This document shows positions 32,428 through 45,269 of a stretch of 64,000 nt of DNA, piece by piece. The translations under genes were made by a program, and so were the position numbers. The notes below the pieces were generated by a model, which had not been told where the DNA came from, ran no database searches, and saw only the letters and a list, made by a program, of their open reading frames with translations. Origin of the DNA: Squalus acanthias (Eukaryota); NCBI GenBank assembly GCA_030390025.1, contig CM059432.1:6200001-6264000 (forward strand), read 5' to 3'. Position 1 is the first letter of the stretch; each line of letters begins with the position of its first letter.

Positions 32428-33681
32428 TGTAGGGGGTGGTGGTGTGTGTCAGCTTCACCTCTGACTTCTGAGCGGTTCGAATCGCTCCCACTCCCTTGGT
32501 TCTAGACCTTGGACTTATTTGGGGGTTGTGACAAAAGTGCAACAGACAACTGGTTTTGATGCAAGAACTTTGATCTTTATTCAAGAGAGAAAATACAACA
32601 CAACAATCTTAACACTCTAATAAAATGGGGAACACTTCGGTACAAACGAGGGAAATTACATTAGAAGAATACCTCACCCCTCCCAATCCCACTTTACTAG
32701 CTAAGTTGGACTCTAGAGGACCAGGGATAACGCTCACCAAACGAATCCTTGACAGTTGAGCTGGTTCGCGGTTTCGGGGTTCGCTGGATTGGATTTATCG
32801 GGCGAGTACCCACTTTTCCTCTGTTAGAGATAGGGTTTAGAGTCTTTTTAAGTAAAAAGTTTCGTAAGGCCCTTGTTGCCGTGAGGTGTCTGATGGTCAC
32901 TGGAACTGTTGCTTTGGTCTCTTCTTGTGTGTTGACCTGCTTCTAGAACTGTGAACTTCTTCGAACTCGATGAACTCCTGAGAACTGCTGAACTCCTTAA
33001 CTTTTTGAACTCCCTTCAACAGCTTCTTGCTGAACTCCTTGAACAGCTTCTTGCTGAACTCCCTGAACAGCTTCTTGTTTTACTGCTTGCTGAATTCCTT
33101 GCTGCTGTGTAACAGCTCCACTCTTGAACTTGAGAAAACAGGCCTTCAATTGTTCACGAAAGTGTGAAGTGGTTTCGGGATGGTTCCATGAGCTGTTGAG
33201 CTGTTTCTTGATTGTAGTCAATTGTGCTCAGGTTTCGAGTTTCCTGACTGGGCCTGAGATTTCTATAGAGTGGGCCTTGTGATCTGTTTTATGCATGATT
33301 TTGATGGGTCCTGTAATTTGGGTGGGGACTGCTCTTCCTCGGGTTTATTGTAAGGATGTTAATGTCTGATAGGGGTCGATTAACTCCAAGTGAGGTCATG
33401 CGGTTCCCCAGACAGTTTGATTAACTCCAATATCCAAACTGTCTTTTACAGAGGTTGATCCCAACTCCTGTGCAGCCTTTTCTCCCTTACAAGTCCAGGC
33501 GCGACTCAATTTTTAGCCCCATGTCTTTTAAAATACCAAATCTTGGTTTTTGCTTTAAATGTCCTTCGGTTAGGCCCAATGCATTTCACCACCCTGAAAT
33601 AGTTAGAAAAGTGTCCAAAGTCTTTTTCCTTAGGGTTTGTCTTCGAGTTTTGGGGGATCTGTGAATTTTGAGAATCTTACA
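32428..33681 (-). mobile_element. Solo LTR 1 (1254 bp; 4-bp TSD, Gypsy- or ERV-type)
   Basis: TGTA...TACA termini, TSD cagg, AATAAA on minus strand at ~32576; ends homologous to 38395-40054. Confidence 0.9.
32945..33120. repeat. Degenerate 12/24-bp minisatellite inside LTR 1
   Basis: (tgaactccttgaacagcttcttgc)n. Confidence 0.8.
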
Positions 33682-34391
33682 CAGGGTATATTTGGATTTC
33701 CAAAATGCATTCGATAAGGTGCCACATAAAAGGTTATTACACAAGATAAGGGCTCATGGGTTGGGTGTAATATAGAAGCATGGATAGAGGATTGGTTAAC
33801 GGACAGAAAACAGAGAGCAGGGATAAATGAATCATTTTCTGGTTGGCAGGCTGTAACTAGTGAGGTGCCGCAAGGATCAGTGCTGGGGCCTCAGCTATTT
33901 ACAATCTATATTAATGACTGAGATGAAGGGACCGAGTGTATCCAAGTTTGCTGACGATACAAAACTAGGTGGGACAGTAAGCAGAAAATGCCGCAACTCT
34001 ACAGCAACAGTTGTTAATTCACCTGATAAATGAAAACAGAGTAACATTTCTGGTGGGACTGTTTTATCATCACTAGTATAGTCAGGAAATGAGCTATCCT
34101 CCTGACCTTACCAATTGTATTGAGGGACCCCACCCAAATATTAAGACCTTTCTTTTTCCGATTTGGACTAACTCACCGTATTTAAAGTATTTTCTATTTA
34201 TTTCAGATTTTCAGCCTTAATAGTTTTTTGTACCGTGACTGTGTGAATGGGTATTAAATATGTGTGTATTGCTTTCAATTTGCATGTCAGTTTGGAGTTA
34301 TTTATCTTTTACCTTTTGCTTCCTCTTGATCATTAGATTGTTAACAGGCAGAGGTTGAGTCGCGGGATTATCATCGTGGGATCTTCAAAAC

Positions 34392-34625
34392 TATAGAAAT
34401 CATAGAACTTGCAGCACAGCAGGAGGCCATTCGGCCCGTCGTGCCCTTGCTGGCTCCCTTTTAAAATTATTTATGGAATCAGCTTCCACCACCTTTTCAG
34501 GTAGAGCGTTCCAGATCCCTGACTACTCTCTGAGTAAAAAATTTCTCTGCATCTCCCGTCTAGACCTTTTTCCAATGATTTTGAATCTATGAAGTCTAGA
34601 TATTGACCCACTTGCCAGAGGGAAT
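34392..34625 (-). mobile_element. CR1 3' fragment, decayed
   Basis: catagaa tail, ggaggccattcggccc stem-loop. Confidence 0.75.
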
Positions 34626-34639
34626 ACATTTACCCGAAT

Positions 34640-35790
34640 TTTTTTATTCATTCCTGGGATGTGGGCGTCACTGGCAAGGCCAGCATTTATTGCCCATCCC
34701 TAATTGCCCTTGAGAAGAAGGTGGTGAGCCGCCTTCTTAAACCACTGCAGTCCGTGAGGTGACAGTACTCCCACAGTGCTGTTAGGTAGGGAGTTCCAGG
34801 ATTTTGACCCAGCGACAATGAAGGATCGGCGATATATTTCTAAGTTAGGATGGTGTGTGACTTGGAGGGGAACGTAGTGGTGTTCCCATGCGTCTGCTGC
34901 CCTTGTCCTTCTAGGTGGAAGAGGTGGCGGGTTTGGGAGGTACTGCCGAAGAAGCCTTGGCGAGTTGCTGCAGTCCATCTTGTAGATGGTACACACTGCA
35001 GCCACAGTACGCCGATGGTGGAGGGAGTGAATGTTTAAGGTGGTGGATGGGGTGTCAATCAAGCGGGCTGCTTTGTCCTGGATGGTGTCGAGCTTCTTGA
35101 GTGTTGTTGGAGCTGCACTCATCCAGGCAAGTGGAGAATATTGCATTACATTCCTGACTAGTGGAAAGGCTTTGGGGAGTCAGGAGGTGAGACACTCACT
35201 GCAGAATACCCAGCCTCTGACCTGCTCTTGTCATCACAGTATTTATGTGGCTGGTCCAGTTAAGTTTATGATCAATGGTGACCCCCCAGGATGTTGATGG
35301 TGGGGTATTTGGTGATGGTAATGCCGTTGCATGTCAAGGGGCTGTGGTTAGACTCTCCCTTGTTGGAGATGGTCATTGCCTAGCACTTGTGTGGCGCGAA
35401 TGTTACTTGCCACTTATCAGCCCAAGCCCAAGCCTGAATGTCGTCCAGGTCTTGCTGCGCTGCATGCGGACATGGACTGCTTCATTATCTGAGGAGTTGC
35501 GAATGGAACTGAACACTGTGCAATCATCAGTGAACATCCCCACTTCTGACATGATGGAGGGAAGGTCATTGATGAAGCAGTTGAAGATAGTTGGGTCTAG
35601 GACACTGCCCTGAGCAACTCCTGCAGCGATGCCCTGATTGACCTCCAACAACCACAACCATCTTCCTTTGTGCTAGGTATGACTCCAGCCAGTGGAGAGT
35701 TTTCCCCCTAATTCCCATTGACTTCCATTTTACTAGCCCCCCTTGATGCCACGCTCGGTCAAATGCTGCCTTGATGTCAAGGGCAGTCAC
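34640..35790 (-). mobile_element. Second CR1-clade LINE family, 3' fragment
   Basis: ALDIKAAFDRAWHQG, GVAQGSVL, MFTDD, YSPLAWMSAAPTTLKKLDTIQDKAARLI, WNSLP. Confidence 0.9.
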
Positions 35791-35849
35791 TCTATCAAAA
35801 CCTCTCATCATCTTGAAAACCTCTATTCGGTCACCTTCTCTGGATTGTA

Positions 35850-36920
35850 GTAAGAAAGAAGAACTTGCATTTATATAGCACCATTCACATCTCAGGACAT
35901 CCCAAAGCGCTTTACAACCAATGAAGTACTTTTGAAGTGTAGTCACTGTTGTAATGGCCCGTAATTTGCGGTTAGCGGCGATGCAACGGCAATCGCCACT
36001 GACCTCGAAGAAAGCTGCCCAAAGAGATCGCGCGATCTCTGTGGCAAAAAACTTGAGGTTTCTCGATGTGTAATTGATTGTAGCTCTGTGAATAGGGGAT
36101 TCCTAGCGTAGCGTGGCAGTAATGACACCAAGCTGTCTAAGCAGCCAATCACATTGAAGAATTCTCACAGACAGCAATCCAGGAAATAAAAAGCAGCTTT
36201 TATCCTCACTTTTTTAAAATGTTACTTAGAGCAAAATAAAGATTGGAACTTTCATATGGGGTAAAGTAGAAGCTGAAATATCATGAACAAACTTTTTTAT
36301 TTAATTATTTTTTTTTAAATTGTAATTTTTATCATAATGCAGAAATTAGACATTTTACAAATATAAAAATTAGTATTTCAGGGCCAGAATGGATGTTTGA
36401 CAGTTAATACACAGTTAAAACCCCAGATACACCTATTAACATTTAATGGGTTGTACAACAGCGATATTAACGCGTAAAAGCTCAAGTCTTCATCCGTTCC
36501 ACTGATTTCACTGATTACCAGCTAAGTGGGGGGCGGGGGGGTGGTGGCAGGGGGAGTTCCACAGCACAGCCTGTGTCGGAGCAGAGAATGACTGACCGCA
36601 ACTTCATGATTTCCATGTTTATCTGCGCATGCACTAAATTCCAAAGTTACGGTCAGCTTCAGAGGGGTGATGATGGCAAACCGTGACAGTTCGCCGTCAT
36701 TACCCATCGCAAAATGCGGGCCATTTTTGGAAACGCAGCAGCCAATCTGCGCACAGCAAGGTCCCACAAACAGCAATGAGATAGTGTCCAGATAATCTGT
36801 TTTTAGTGATGTTGGATGAGGGATAAATACTGGCCAGGTACACCTGGGAGAACTCCCCTGCTCTTCTTCAAAATTGTGCCCATGGTATCTTTTACGTCCA
36901 CCTGAGAGGGCAGCCGTCTC
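35850..36920 (-). mobile_element. DeuSINE interrupted by a MITE
   Basis: SINE tail 35850-35955 resumes at ~36726. Confidence 0.85.
35956..36722. mobile_element. Harbinger-like MITE
   Basis: TIR ggcccgtaatttgcg / cgcaaaatgcgggcc; flanks aat/att; related inverted remnant at ~49690-50032. Confidence 0.75.
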
Positions 36921-36993
36921 ATATTCCAAGTCACATGGGAAAACATCTCCCTAAAAGCACAGATAGTCCTCAATCCGAATGCATGCACTTTCT

Positions 36994-37696
36994 GGGCGCA
37001 AAATTCGGTAGCGCTGTTTCGGGGCGGTAACGCTGGCAAGGCGGGACATCCTGCGCCCGGCGAGGAAGTCCCGCCCCAGCCACGAAGTTCGCCTTACCAC
37101 CCCGCCCAGGAAGTGGAGCACAATGTCGGGCTCTCCAATCCTCTTGGGGCAGTGACCGAGGTGATGTTGGGGTGCAATCGGCAGCGTTCCAGAGGCGCTG
37201 CTGCATTTCAACGCCCCTCCCCTTCTGTTAAAGTGGAGGGCCGCAGTGCACACTGCAGGGCCTCCAATGGCCCCAACTAGGCCACCAGGGCGGCGTGGTG
37301 CCATGGCAGCAGCCCAGCGCCAAGACGTAGTTCCGAGCTGCGCGATGGCGGCCAGGACCATGCCACGGGCCAAAAAAGAAAATGGCAGCACGGGTCACGG
37401 CCGCACCTTCCCTTTAACTACTGCCTTGCGAGTGGCGGTCAGTCCGGCTCATGACCCGCGAGGCTGGCACTGACGCTGGCCGTGGCAGCCGTGCGGAGCG
37501 CAGCCGAATTTCTGCTGCGAGGAAGTAAGGGGTCGCTGTGCACGGCGATGACATCATTGCCAGAGGTGCGACGGCCTGGGGCACTACCGGCGGGGGCACG
37601 GCGCTATTGCCGAATTTCGCGGGAGCCGCTTTTTTCGCGCCCCCCCCTGGTGATAACCTCTTTGTGTCACGTTAGCGCCCCCCAAATTTCACGCCC
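36994..37696. mobile_element. Harbinger-like MITE
   Basis: TIR gggcgcaaaatt / aatttcacgccc; 3-bp TSD TCT; related half-copy at ~48960-49376. Confidence 0.8.
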
Positions 37697-38312
37697 TCTG
37701 TGTCTGTGCTGGGAAGTATATGTATGTGTGTGTATGTGTGTGGGCGGTGGTGGGGGAGGAGGGGGGAGGGGAGAATAGAAATATTGGAATAAATGAATTC
37801 CTGGGATCGCTGACCATACTATTCCTCATTGCCAATAGATAAATACTTTCTGTGGGGAACAGGGAATGTTGCTAGTAAAATCCCAGTTGGATTGAGGGTG
37901 AAGGGCACTTTTGGTAGGTTTTCGCCCAAGTTGCAGGAAAAAAAATGTACTTCGCATCCTCAAATCGGCATTCCTGTGGTGGAGAATGCGGGTGAAAGGC
38001 AGGGTTGTGTGATATTTTGGTCCACTTTCATAGGTGATAAAGTAGGATGCTAATGATTTAAAAGGCGGTGTGTGTCCTGGAAATGGGGCCAATTTTGGAG
38101 TAATGCTGCTGAGCCAACATGTTTCTGTGAGCCATGATATTGAATTAAAAATATATTGTGTGCTACTGTAATCAACGCAAAATAACATGGTCAATAAAAT
38201 TGTCACTTGAAATACTCAGTTTCTGTGTCATTTTATTGTCCATGATTCATATACAGAGATTATAGCGATTCTCCATCAATCTGGTGATGGATTTCGCTGG
38301 GCTCGCTACATG

Positions 38313-40140
38313 TAACATAAGAACATAAGAAATAGGAGCAGGAGTAGGCCATTTGGCCCCTCAAGCCTGCTCCACCATTCAATAAGATCATGGCTGTAAG
38401 GTTTCCAAAATTTACAAATCCCCAAAACCGAAGGAAAAAGGACTTTGGAACCACCTCAGAGTGATAAAAATGCATTTGGGCCTAACATAAGGAATTTAAG
38501 ACCAAAAACCAAGTTTTGGCATTTTAAAAAACCTGTCTGGGCCTGTAAAGGGAGAAAAGGCTGTGAAGGAAGTTGGGGCGACCTCTGTAAAAGCAGTTTG
38601 GGTATTGCAGTTAATTGCAATGTCTGGGGAACCGGGATGATCTCACTCAAAGCCCCAGCACGCATTAACATTTTGACAATAGACCCTAGGAGAAGACAGC
38701 CCCACCCAGAACAAGAGGTCCCATCAAACCGATTACAAGGCCCATCAAGAAATATGCATAATACAGAGCACCCAGGACTGGGCTATAGATCAGCCTAGGA
38801 ACACAAAACACAAAGCCCATCACCAGCAATCAGCCAAGAAAATCGACAGGATGCAAACCATCCCAAAAACCCATTTGACACTTACAGAGCAGTTACTGGT
38901 AGCAGGCCCGCCAAATTCAGACAATGAACTGAACAGATTTGGCGGGTAGATAAAGGCCATATTCAATGGGTCAGATTGAAGGCCTGTTAAAACCCAGTTA
39001 ACGTGCTAGTAAATCGTTACCGATTTACGAGCCCACCAAAACTAGACAATGAACTAAACAGATTTGGCGGGTAGATAAGGCCACTTCAATTCTGTATAAT
39101 TGAAGGCCCACCAAGCACACACGAGGAGAAGCGGAGAAGCAGGAGAGAGAAGAAGGAAGGAGAGACCAAGAAAAAGAAGGCCCGAGCTGGAAGCGAGTCG
39201 GCATCGCTCACCACGCAGACACACCTGAGTCCAGCTCGCGAAAACACCACCTCGACAGACTTCCAACCACGGCCCCAACACAGTCACCCGGAGCAACAAG
39301 CAGCAACCAGTCACCGACGGCTCCACGAGGTCGACCGACACACCAACCAAGGCCTAAAGTCATCGCGGAAACCAAAGGCCTCACGAAACCAACAACCGCG
39401 CATTACCCCCAACTGACCGGGTAATCGCAGGCCACCGTGACCAACAAAGACCAACTCCAGGGAAGAAAACCCGAAGAAACGCAAAGTTTCCACACTACAA
39501 ACTACTCCTGACTTACCCCTGGGTAAGATTTTCCCCAAAGACTCTCAGCCCTACTGCTGAACTAAAGAAATTGGGTACTCACCAGATAAATCCACAACGA
39601 CATCCTACCGCATCAGCGGACTCGCGAAGACTGACCAGAGATCTAGGTGAAGTCCTCTACCGCGTACGGGGTACGGCAGACACTAACCGCCATAAACAGC
39701 GAACCCCAAAACCGCGATTTAGCCCAACTGTCAAAGGATTGGTGAGCATTATCCCTGGTTCTTCAAAACCTAACTTAGCTAGTAAAGTGGGGTTGGGAGG
39801 GGTGAAGTATTGTCCTACTGTCATTTCCCTCGCTTGTACCTAAGTGTTCCCCACCTTTAAAGTGATAAGAGTGTTATTATTTGTGTCTTACCTTTTAATA
39901 AAGATTGGAGTTCTTTCATCAAACTCAGTTGTCAGCTGCACCTTTTGTATCACAACCCCCAAATAAGTCCAAGGTCTAGAACCAAGGGAGTGGGAGCGAT
40001 TCGAACTGCTCAGAAGTCAGAGGTAAAGCTGACACAAAAACACCATCCCCTACATGGCTGATCTTCTACCTCATCTCCACTTTCCTGAACTATCCCCATA
40101 TCCCTTGATTCCCTTAATATTCAAAAATCTATCGATCTCA
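38313..40140 (-). mobile_element. CR1 3' tail split by solo LTR 2
   Basis: acataagaacataagaaataggagc...agatcatggc | tgatcttctacc...ccccatatcccttg. Confidence 0.85.
38395..40054 (+). mobile_element. Solo LTR 2 (1660 bp), same family as LTR 1
   Basis: TGTA...TACA, TSD tggc, TATA-like tataa at ~39095, AATAAA at ~39897, internal ~50-bp direct repeat at ~38920 and ~39045. Confidence 0.9.
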
Positions 40141-40266
40141 TGTAACGTTCATTTGGCGTTATAAAACAGCATTATAATGAGGTTGTTTTTTAAGTCTACA
40201 AATCATTAGGGCACACAGCTTTGCTAACTTTTTTGTTAGCTTACAATCCAAATATTTTCCGTCTAT

Positions 40267-41110
40267 GCATAATCTGGCATGTCTTGCAGAGGTTGCTGTG
40301 GCAGGGTTGTGTGGTGTCGTGGTCGCTGTTCTCCTGACAGCTGGGTAATTTGCTGCGAACGATGGTACTTTTGATGTTAGGCGGCTGCTTGAATGCAAGA
40401 CATGCCAGATCATCAACACAGATACCATCATCACACGTGAGGACACTACCCACCAGGTACACGGTACATACTCATGTGACTCGGCCAACGTTGTCTACCT
40501 CATACGTTGCAGGAAAGGATGCCCCGGAGCATGGTACATCGGCGAGACCATGCAGACACTGAGACAACGTATGAACGGACACCGCGCAACAATCGCCAGG
40601 CAGGATTGTTACCTCCCAGTCGGGGAACACTTCAGCAGTCAAGGACATTCAGCCTCGGATCTGCGGGTTAGCGTTCTCCAAGGCGGCCTTCGTGACACAC
40701 GACAACGCAAAATCATCGAGCAGAAACTGATAGCCAAGTTCCGCACCCATGAGGACGGCCTCAATAAGGATCTCGGGTTCATGTCACGCTACAGAACGTG
40801 ACTCGACATCGTTGTCTGTTTTCCAGTTTTTAAAAAAAAAGTTAAAAGCTTAACTGCAGACGGCAGCATTTGACACGTTGGACCCCCCTGTGACCCACCT
40901 CATTGTCTTAGCTGTACTCTGATGTGTCTTTGATGTAATGCCTCCCTAATAGATTGTATCTCTGCAGACACATTGTTCTCTGTGTATATATACTGTGTAA
41001 TCGATTCCCTCACTGTACCTGTACCTGAAGAAGGAGCGGAGCTCCGAAAGCTCGTAATTTTAAATAAAACTGTTGGACTATAACCTGGTGTTGTGCGACT
41101 TCTCTTTTTT
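40267..41110 (+). mobile_element. Neptune-type Penelope element 3' end with inverted 5' segment
   Basis: Inverted AFKQPPNIKSTIVRSKL...PCHSNLCKTC (40267-40395); forward CKTCQII...SCDSANVVYLIRCRKGC..WYIGET...GLN; pLTR with hammerhead. Confidence 0.92.
41021..41056 (+). ncRNA. Minimal type I hammerhead ribozyme motif
   Basis: tac-CTGAAGA-a-ggagc(gga)gctcc-GAAAGCTC-gta. Confidence 0.8.
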
Positions 41111-41454
41111 ACATGGCCTCGGTAATTTTCCTTCACAGTTCATATTCAACTCAGTACACGAGTATCCAACTTGGCTGTGGAGCCAGATATGTGGCTGTTT
41201 AAAGGTTCCTGGAATCATCTCTCCGCTGTGGCTCTCTTTTTATATTGTGGGACTTGCTGTCATCATTTACAAATTAATGCAGCATGCGGTATGGACCATA
41301 CTGTTTCACAAGTGTGCATCAATTATCTGTCAGAACCATAAATTTATACAGGCACATTTTGCAAACATGTTCTTTCTGCATAATACCGAGGATTAACATT
41401 AATAGGAAGCGCCGCAAATGCATGTGCACAAATGTGCATTTTAGATTCCAAGTA

Positions 41455-41860
41455 CAGGAAACTTTTGTTTATCCGGCACCCAAATATCCGGAATTCTCGC
41501 TTAACCGGCAAAAATCATCCTCCGAAAACTCCTCTCAAATAACCGGCAATGTTGCCGAGTCGCAGTCGAGTCTCCGCGAACGCCGAGTACTCCGAAAACT
41601 CCTCTCAAATAACCGGCAATGTTGCCGATCCCGAGTCCGAGTCCGAGTCCGCGAACGCCGATTTAGTCAGTAGGGGTAGTTTTCAAAAGTGCCACTACTC
41701 GGCCTCCTGGCGCTGTTGGAAGTATACTGCACATTTCTTGATTTATTTATTTTTCTTTGTTAAAAATAGCCTCGGTAGATATAACTCTCCGTTATCCGGT
41801 ACTTTCGATAAACCGGCACCACGCCGGTCCCGTCGGTGCCGGTTAATAAAGAGTTTCCTG
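41455..41860. mobile_element. Tc1/mariner (Tigger/pogo-like) MITE, 406 bp
   Basis: TA TSD; TIR caggaaacttttgtttatccggcac / gtgccggttaataaagagtttcctg; internal ~70-bp tandem duplication. Confidence 0.88.
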
Positions 41861-43069
41861 TATAGTGTTACATTTTAAGGAAAAGTCCTGTTCTGCTTTA
41901 GGGGAGAAAGTCCATATTCTGCGGCAGAAGACGAAAGTCATAATGGGGATATTGAGCCCACTCCGAATTAAAATGGGTCTGCCTCAAATAATTAATTGAA
42001 TTGAATGTCGACATTGCAGCCAGCACTTTTGGGGCATCTGATCATTTTTTTCTTCCTTTCAATTAATTAAGTCGAAACTCATATTTATGTTCACCTGGAA
42101 TAAAAGGACAAAAAGTTTAATCAACAGTTGAACAACTCAATTTCTCAACCCTCCCCTGTATCCACCATACATCCAAGCAGCAAGGTGTAGAATAGTATCA
42201 AGGGAATTAAAAAAATTCCAATTTTACCATGGGCCAGCTTACCAACTTACGAAAATGATGGGCTGGAAAAGACCAGCTGGTCCGTCAAGCGTGCCCCACA
42301 CCTCATGATGGCTTGAGTATCATGACTAAACACTTCCTACCTCCACCCCCACTCCAGCAACCATGTAATCACCAGAAAAAAACAGTAGGGCCAATAAGGT
42401 GGGGTGGGGGACAAATCTTGAAAATTCCTCTCCGACTCCCTGAGGCAATCGAAACCAGTCCAGGAGATCACACGGACCATGCCTATGTTAACTGTTAAAC
42501 CGCTTTTATATGATGTGATCACTGCCCCAGCCAAGAATCTGTCCAGCTCCCTTTTGAAAGTGTGTAGAGAGCCAACACACTCCTGGGTTGCTCGCAGCAG
42601 TGTCTTAGAGATTAGTCTTTCATTCCTGGAGGATTGGTAGTGCTAGTAGTTGGTGTGATTGGGTCGCCGCCCAATGCCATCAGTCTGAGCCCACACCATT
42701 TAAGTTTCATTGCCAGGTGGCCCGTACATTTTCAGCGGTGACGGGCAGCCCACCTAACTGGAAGGTGGAATTTCCGGGGTCCTGCCACCCATTTAAAGAG
42801 TGAACGCACCTCTGAAAGCAAGGTGTCTTGCTACTCAATTGAATTTAGTGCGGCCCCTGAGACGATTGTGCAGTTACAAATGTCTCAGGCCAGAGCACCT
42901 CACTTCTGCAATACAGGTGCTTAAGGAGCAAGTGTGGGCATGCAGGCAGATCCTGTTCCCCTCGGATAGCAGGATGGTGCCCGCACAGACACTGCAGCGG
43001 GCCTAGAGGGAGGTAGCAAACAACGTCAATGCCCGCACCATCACCCCCAGGATGTGGGGTCAGTGCCGG

Positions 43070-43647
43070 AATCATAGAATCATAGAATGGTTACAGCACA
43101 GAAAGCAGCCATTCGGTCCGTTGAGCCCGTGCTGGCTCTCTGCAAGAGCACTTCAGCTAGTCCCACTCCCCCGCCCTTTCCCCGTAGCCCTTCAAATTTT
43201 TTTCCTTCAGGTACTTATCCAATTCCCTTTTGAAAGCCACGATTGAGACTTCCTCCACCACCCTTTCAGGCAATGCATTCCAGATCCTAACCACTCGCTG
43301 CGTAGAATGTTTTTCCTCATGTCGCCTTTCGTTCTTTTGCCAATCACCTTAAATCTGTGGCCTCTGGTTCTCGATCCTTCCACCAATGGGAACAGTTTCT
43401 CTCTATCTACTCTGTCTAGATCCCTCATGATTTTGAATACCTCTATCAAAACTCCTCTCAACCTTCACTGCTCTAAGGAGAACAACCCCAGCTTCTCCAG
43501 TCTATCCACGTAACTGCAGTCCCTCATCCCTGAAATAATTCTCGTAAATCTTTTCTGCACCCTCTCTAAGGCCTTCACATCCTTCCTAAAGTGCAGTGCC
43601 CAGAATTGGACACACTACTCCAGTTGAGGCCAAACCAATGCTTTATA
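43070..43647 (-). mobile_element. CR1 3' fragment
   Basis: LIEVFKIMRDLDRVDREKLFPL; TSD aatca. Confidence 0.9.
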
Positions 43648-43810
43648 AATCACTTCAACAACCTGACTGAGGCAACAAGGGTGAGCATGAGGCCTTCCTA
43701 ACTCTATTTCTCTGCATTAGACCTGGCCACAGCACTAACCGTACGTCCACCCACCTCCACCATCCCCCAGCCCGCCACCCCCGGCCCTCTTCATGCACTC
43801 TAAACATTTA

Positions 43811-44703
43811 GGGGGAAAAATTCAGTTGGTTGCGCCTCCCGTTAGCGCCTTAAGAGGGCGCTAATGGGGCGCAAAGCATCTAGCGCCCAGGCGCGGCGAA
43901 GTTTGCGCCGCTCGCGAAATTAACTAGACATTTTGCGGCGGCGCTAAACACTACCGCCACGATCTCCTGCGCCGGCAGATCATGACGTCACTCGAGTGCG
44001 CAACGCCCCGGTATCGCCCCGGAGCGGATATTGAGTGGCGCCCCCTGCCTTACTGCCTGACGCTAGCAACGACAGGTTGAGAGGAGCGTTCTGCAGTCAT
44101 GAACGGAAAGGGGGAGCGCTATTTAAAGGTGACCGCTTCCTGCCTTTTATTGTTGGTGCCATTTTTGAACTACGCATTCTGAGAGAGAGAGGGAGAGACT
44201 TCTGGAGAGATTCAACGTTGTGTGAAGGAGTTTTGGGTACTGAGCAGCACTTTGCAGGTTCATTTTGATTTGCCATTCCTTGTATCGATTTAGCAGAGAC
44301 TGTGGGGGCTGCACTCTGAGCTCTTTGCCTGGTACTCTCCATTGTTCTTTCCAGCACATTTGATGTGCAGGTCTCTCCAGGCCGAGATTCAAGGCTGCAA
44401 TGAGCAGGATGTGGATGGAAAGCAAGATTAACCATCCCCTTTAAGAACTGGCCCGTGCCATTGTGTGTGTGTTCCATTGCTGACTGACATCACATGAGCT
44501 TCGCCAGCGCTCTGAGGTAGCGCCTCGCTCCTCGGCCTTTGCGCCTTAAGACAGGTGTGAAGCGCCTGATATAGCGCTGCAATCACCTCCAGGGGCGATA
44601 AAAGTCAAGTTTGCAGTCGGTAGCGATAATTAGCGCCAGGCGCTAATCTTTGCGCCCGGCCGATAATTGCGCCCCAAATGGGGCGATACTGAATTTCTCC
44701 CCC
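43811..44703. mobile_element. Non-autonomous PIF/Harbinger element, copy 2 (893 bp)
   Basis: TIR gggggaaaaattcagt / actgaatttctccccc; TSD TTA. Confidence 0.9.
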
Positions 44704-45269
44704 TTATTTCCCCCACCGCACATGCTTCTCCATTGATCACAAAGGGGATTGACATGAATCTTGTCATTCATATGGAAATGACTCATGAAGTAATACTGGG
44801 CGGCCTGCTGGTGGCGCTGTCCAGGGAGAGTATAAATACTCGGGCATGGGCCCAGCTTGCTCAGGACATTCTTTAACAGGAACTAGTGAAGGACACAACT
44901 AGACCTCCATGTTGAAAAACAGTTGATTAAAGCTTTGTTTAACGCTTAGACCAAGTGCCTAGTAGTTTTCTTGCGTCAGTGATATTGCACCAACTCTCCT
45001 CATTCCAGTTACAGACTCATCTGTTGCTGCCGTCCTCACAAAAGGGCACAAAGAGCATTCTGCTTTTACCTGGTAGTAACAACGAAGCATGTCACTCCTT
45101 TGCTGACGACTTTCTCATTTCACACTAGAGCCAATTTGTTGCACGGGATCACCTGCTCATAATTTTCTGCCTCTCCCCCTCTGCATGAGCACGATATGAA
45201 GCTGCGTCTGCAGAACCCTTTTCAACAGCCACTCGCTAACTCTCTTCCTCTACATCTGCCGGAGAAGTT

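Larger units (their letters stand above)
32195..33985 (+). mobile_element. CR1 RT fragment split by a solo LTR
   Basis: NVTPLFKKGG..NYRPVSLTSVVGK before; [24 protein letters not shown] after. Confidence 0.9.

Noticed and set aside
32432..32495. Functional tRNA-Sec or opal suppressor gene (loop CTTCACC)
   Set aside because: No D-arm, 8-nt loops, anticodon not kept in LTR 2, and it is part of an LTR
32997..33221. Gln-rich repeat ORF (QQEAVQGV)n
   Set aside because: Translation of the LTR 1 minisatellite; absent from LTR 2
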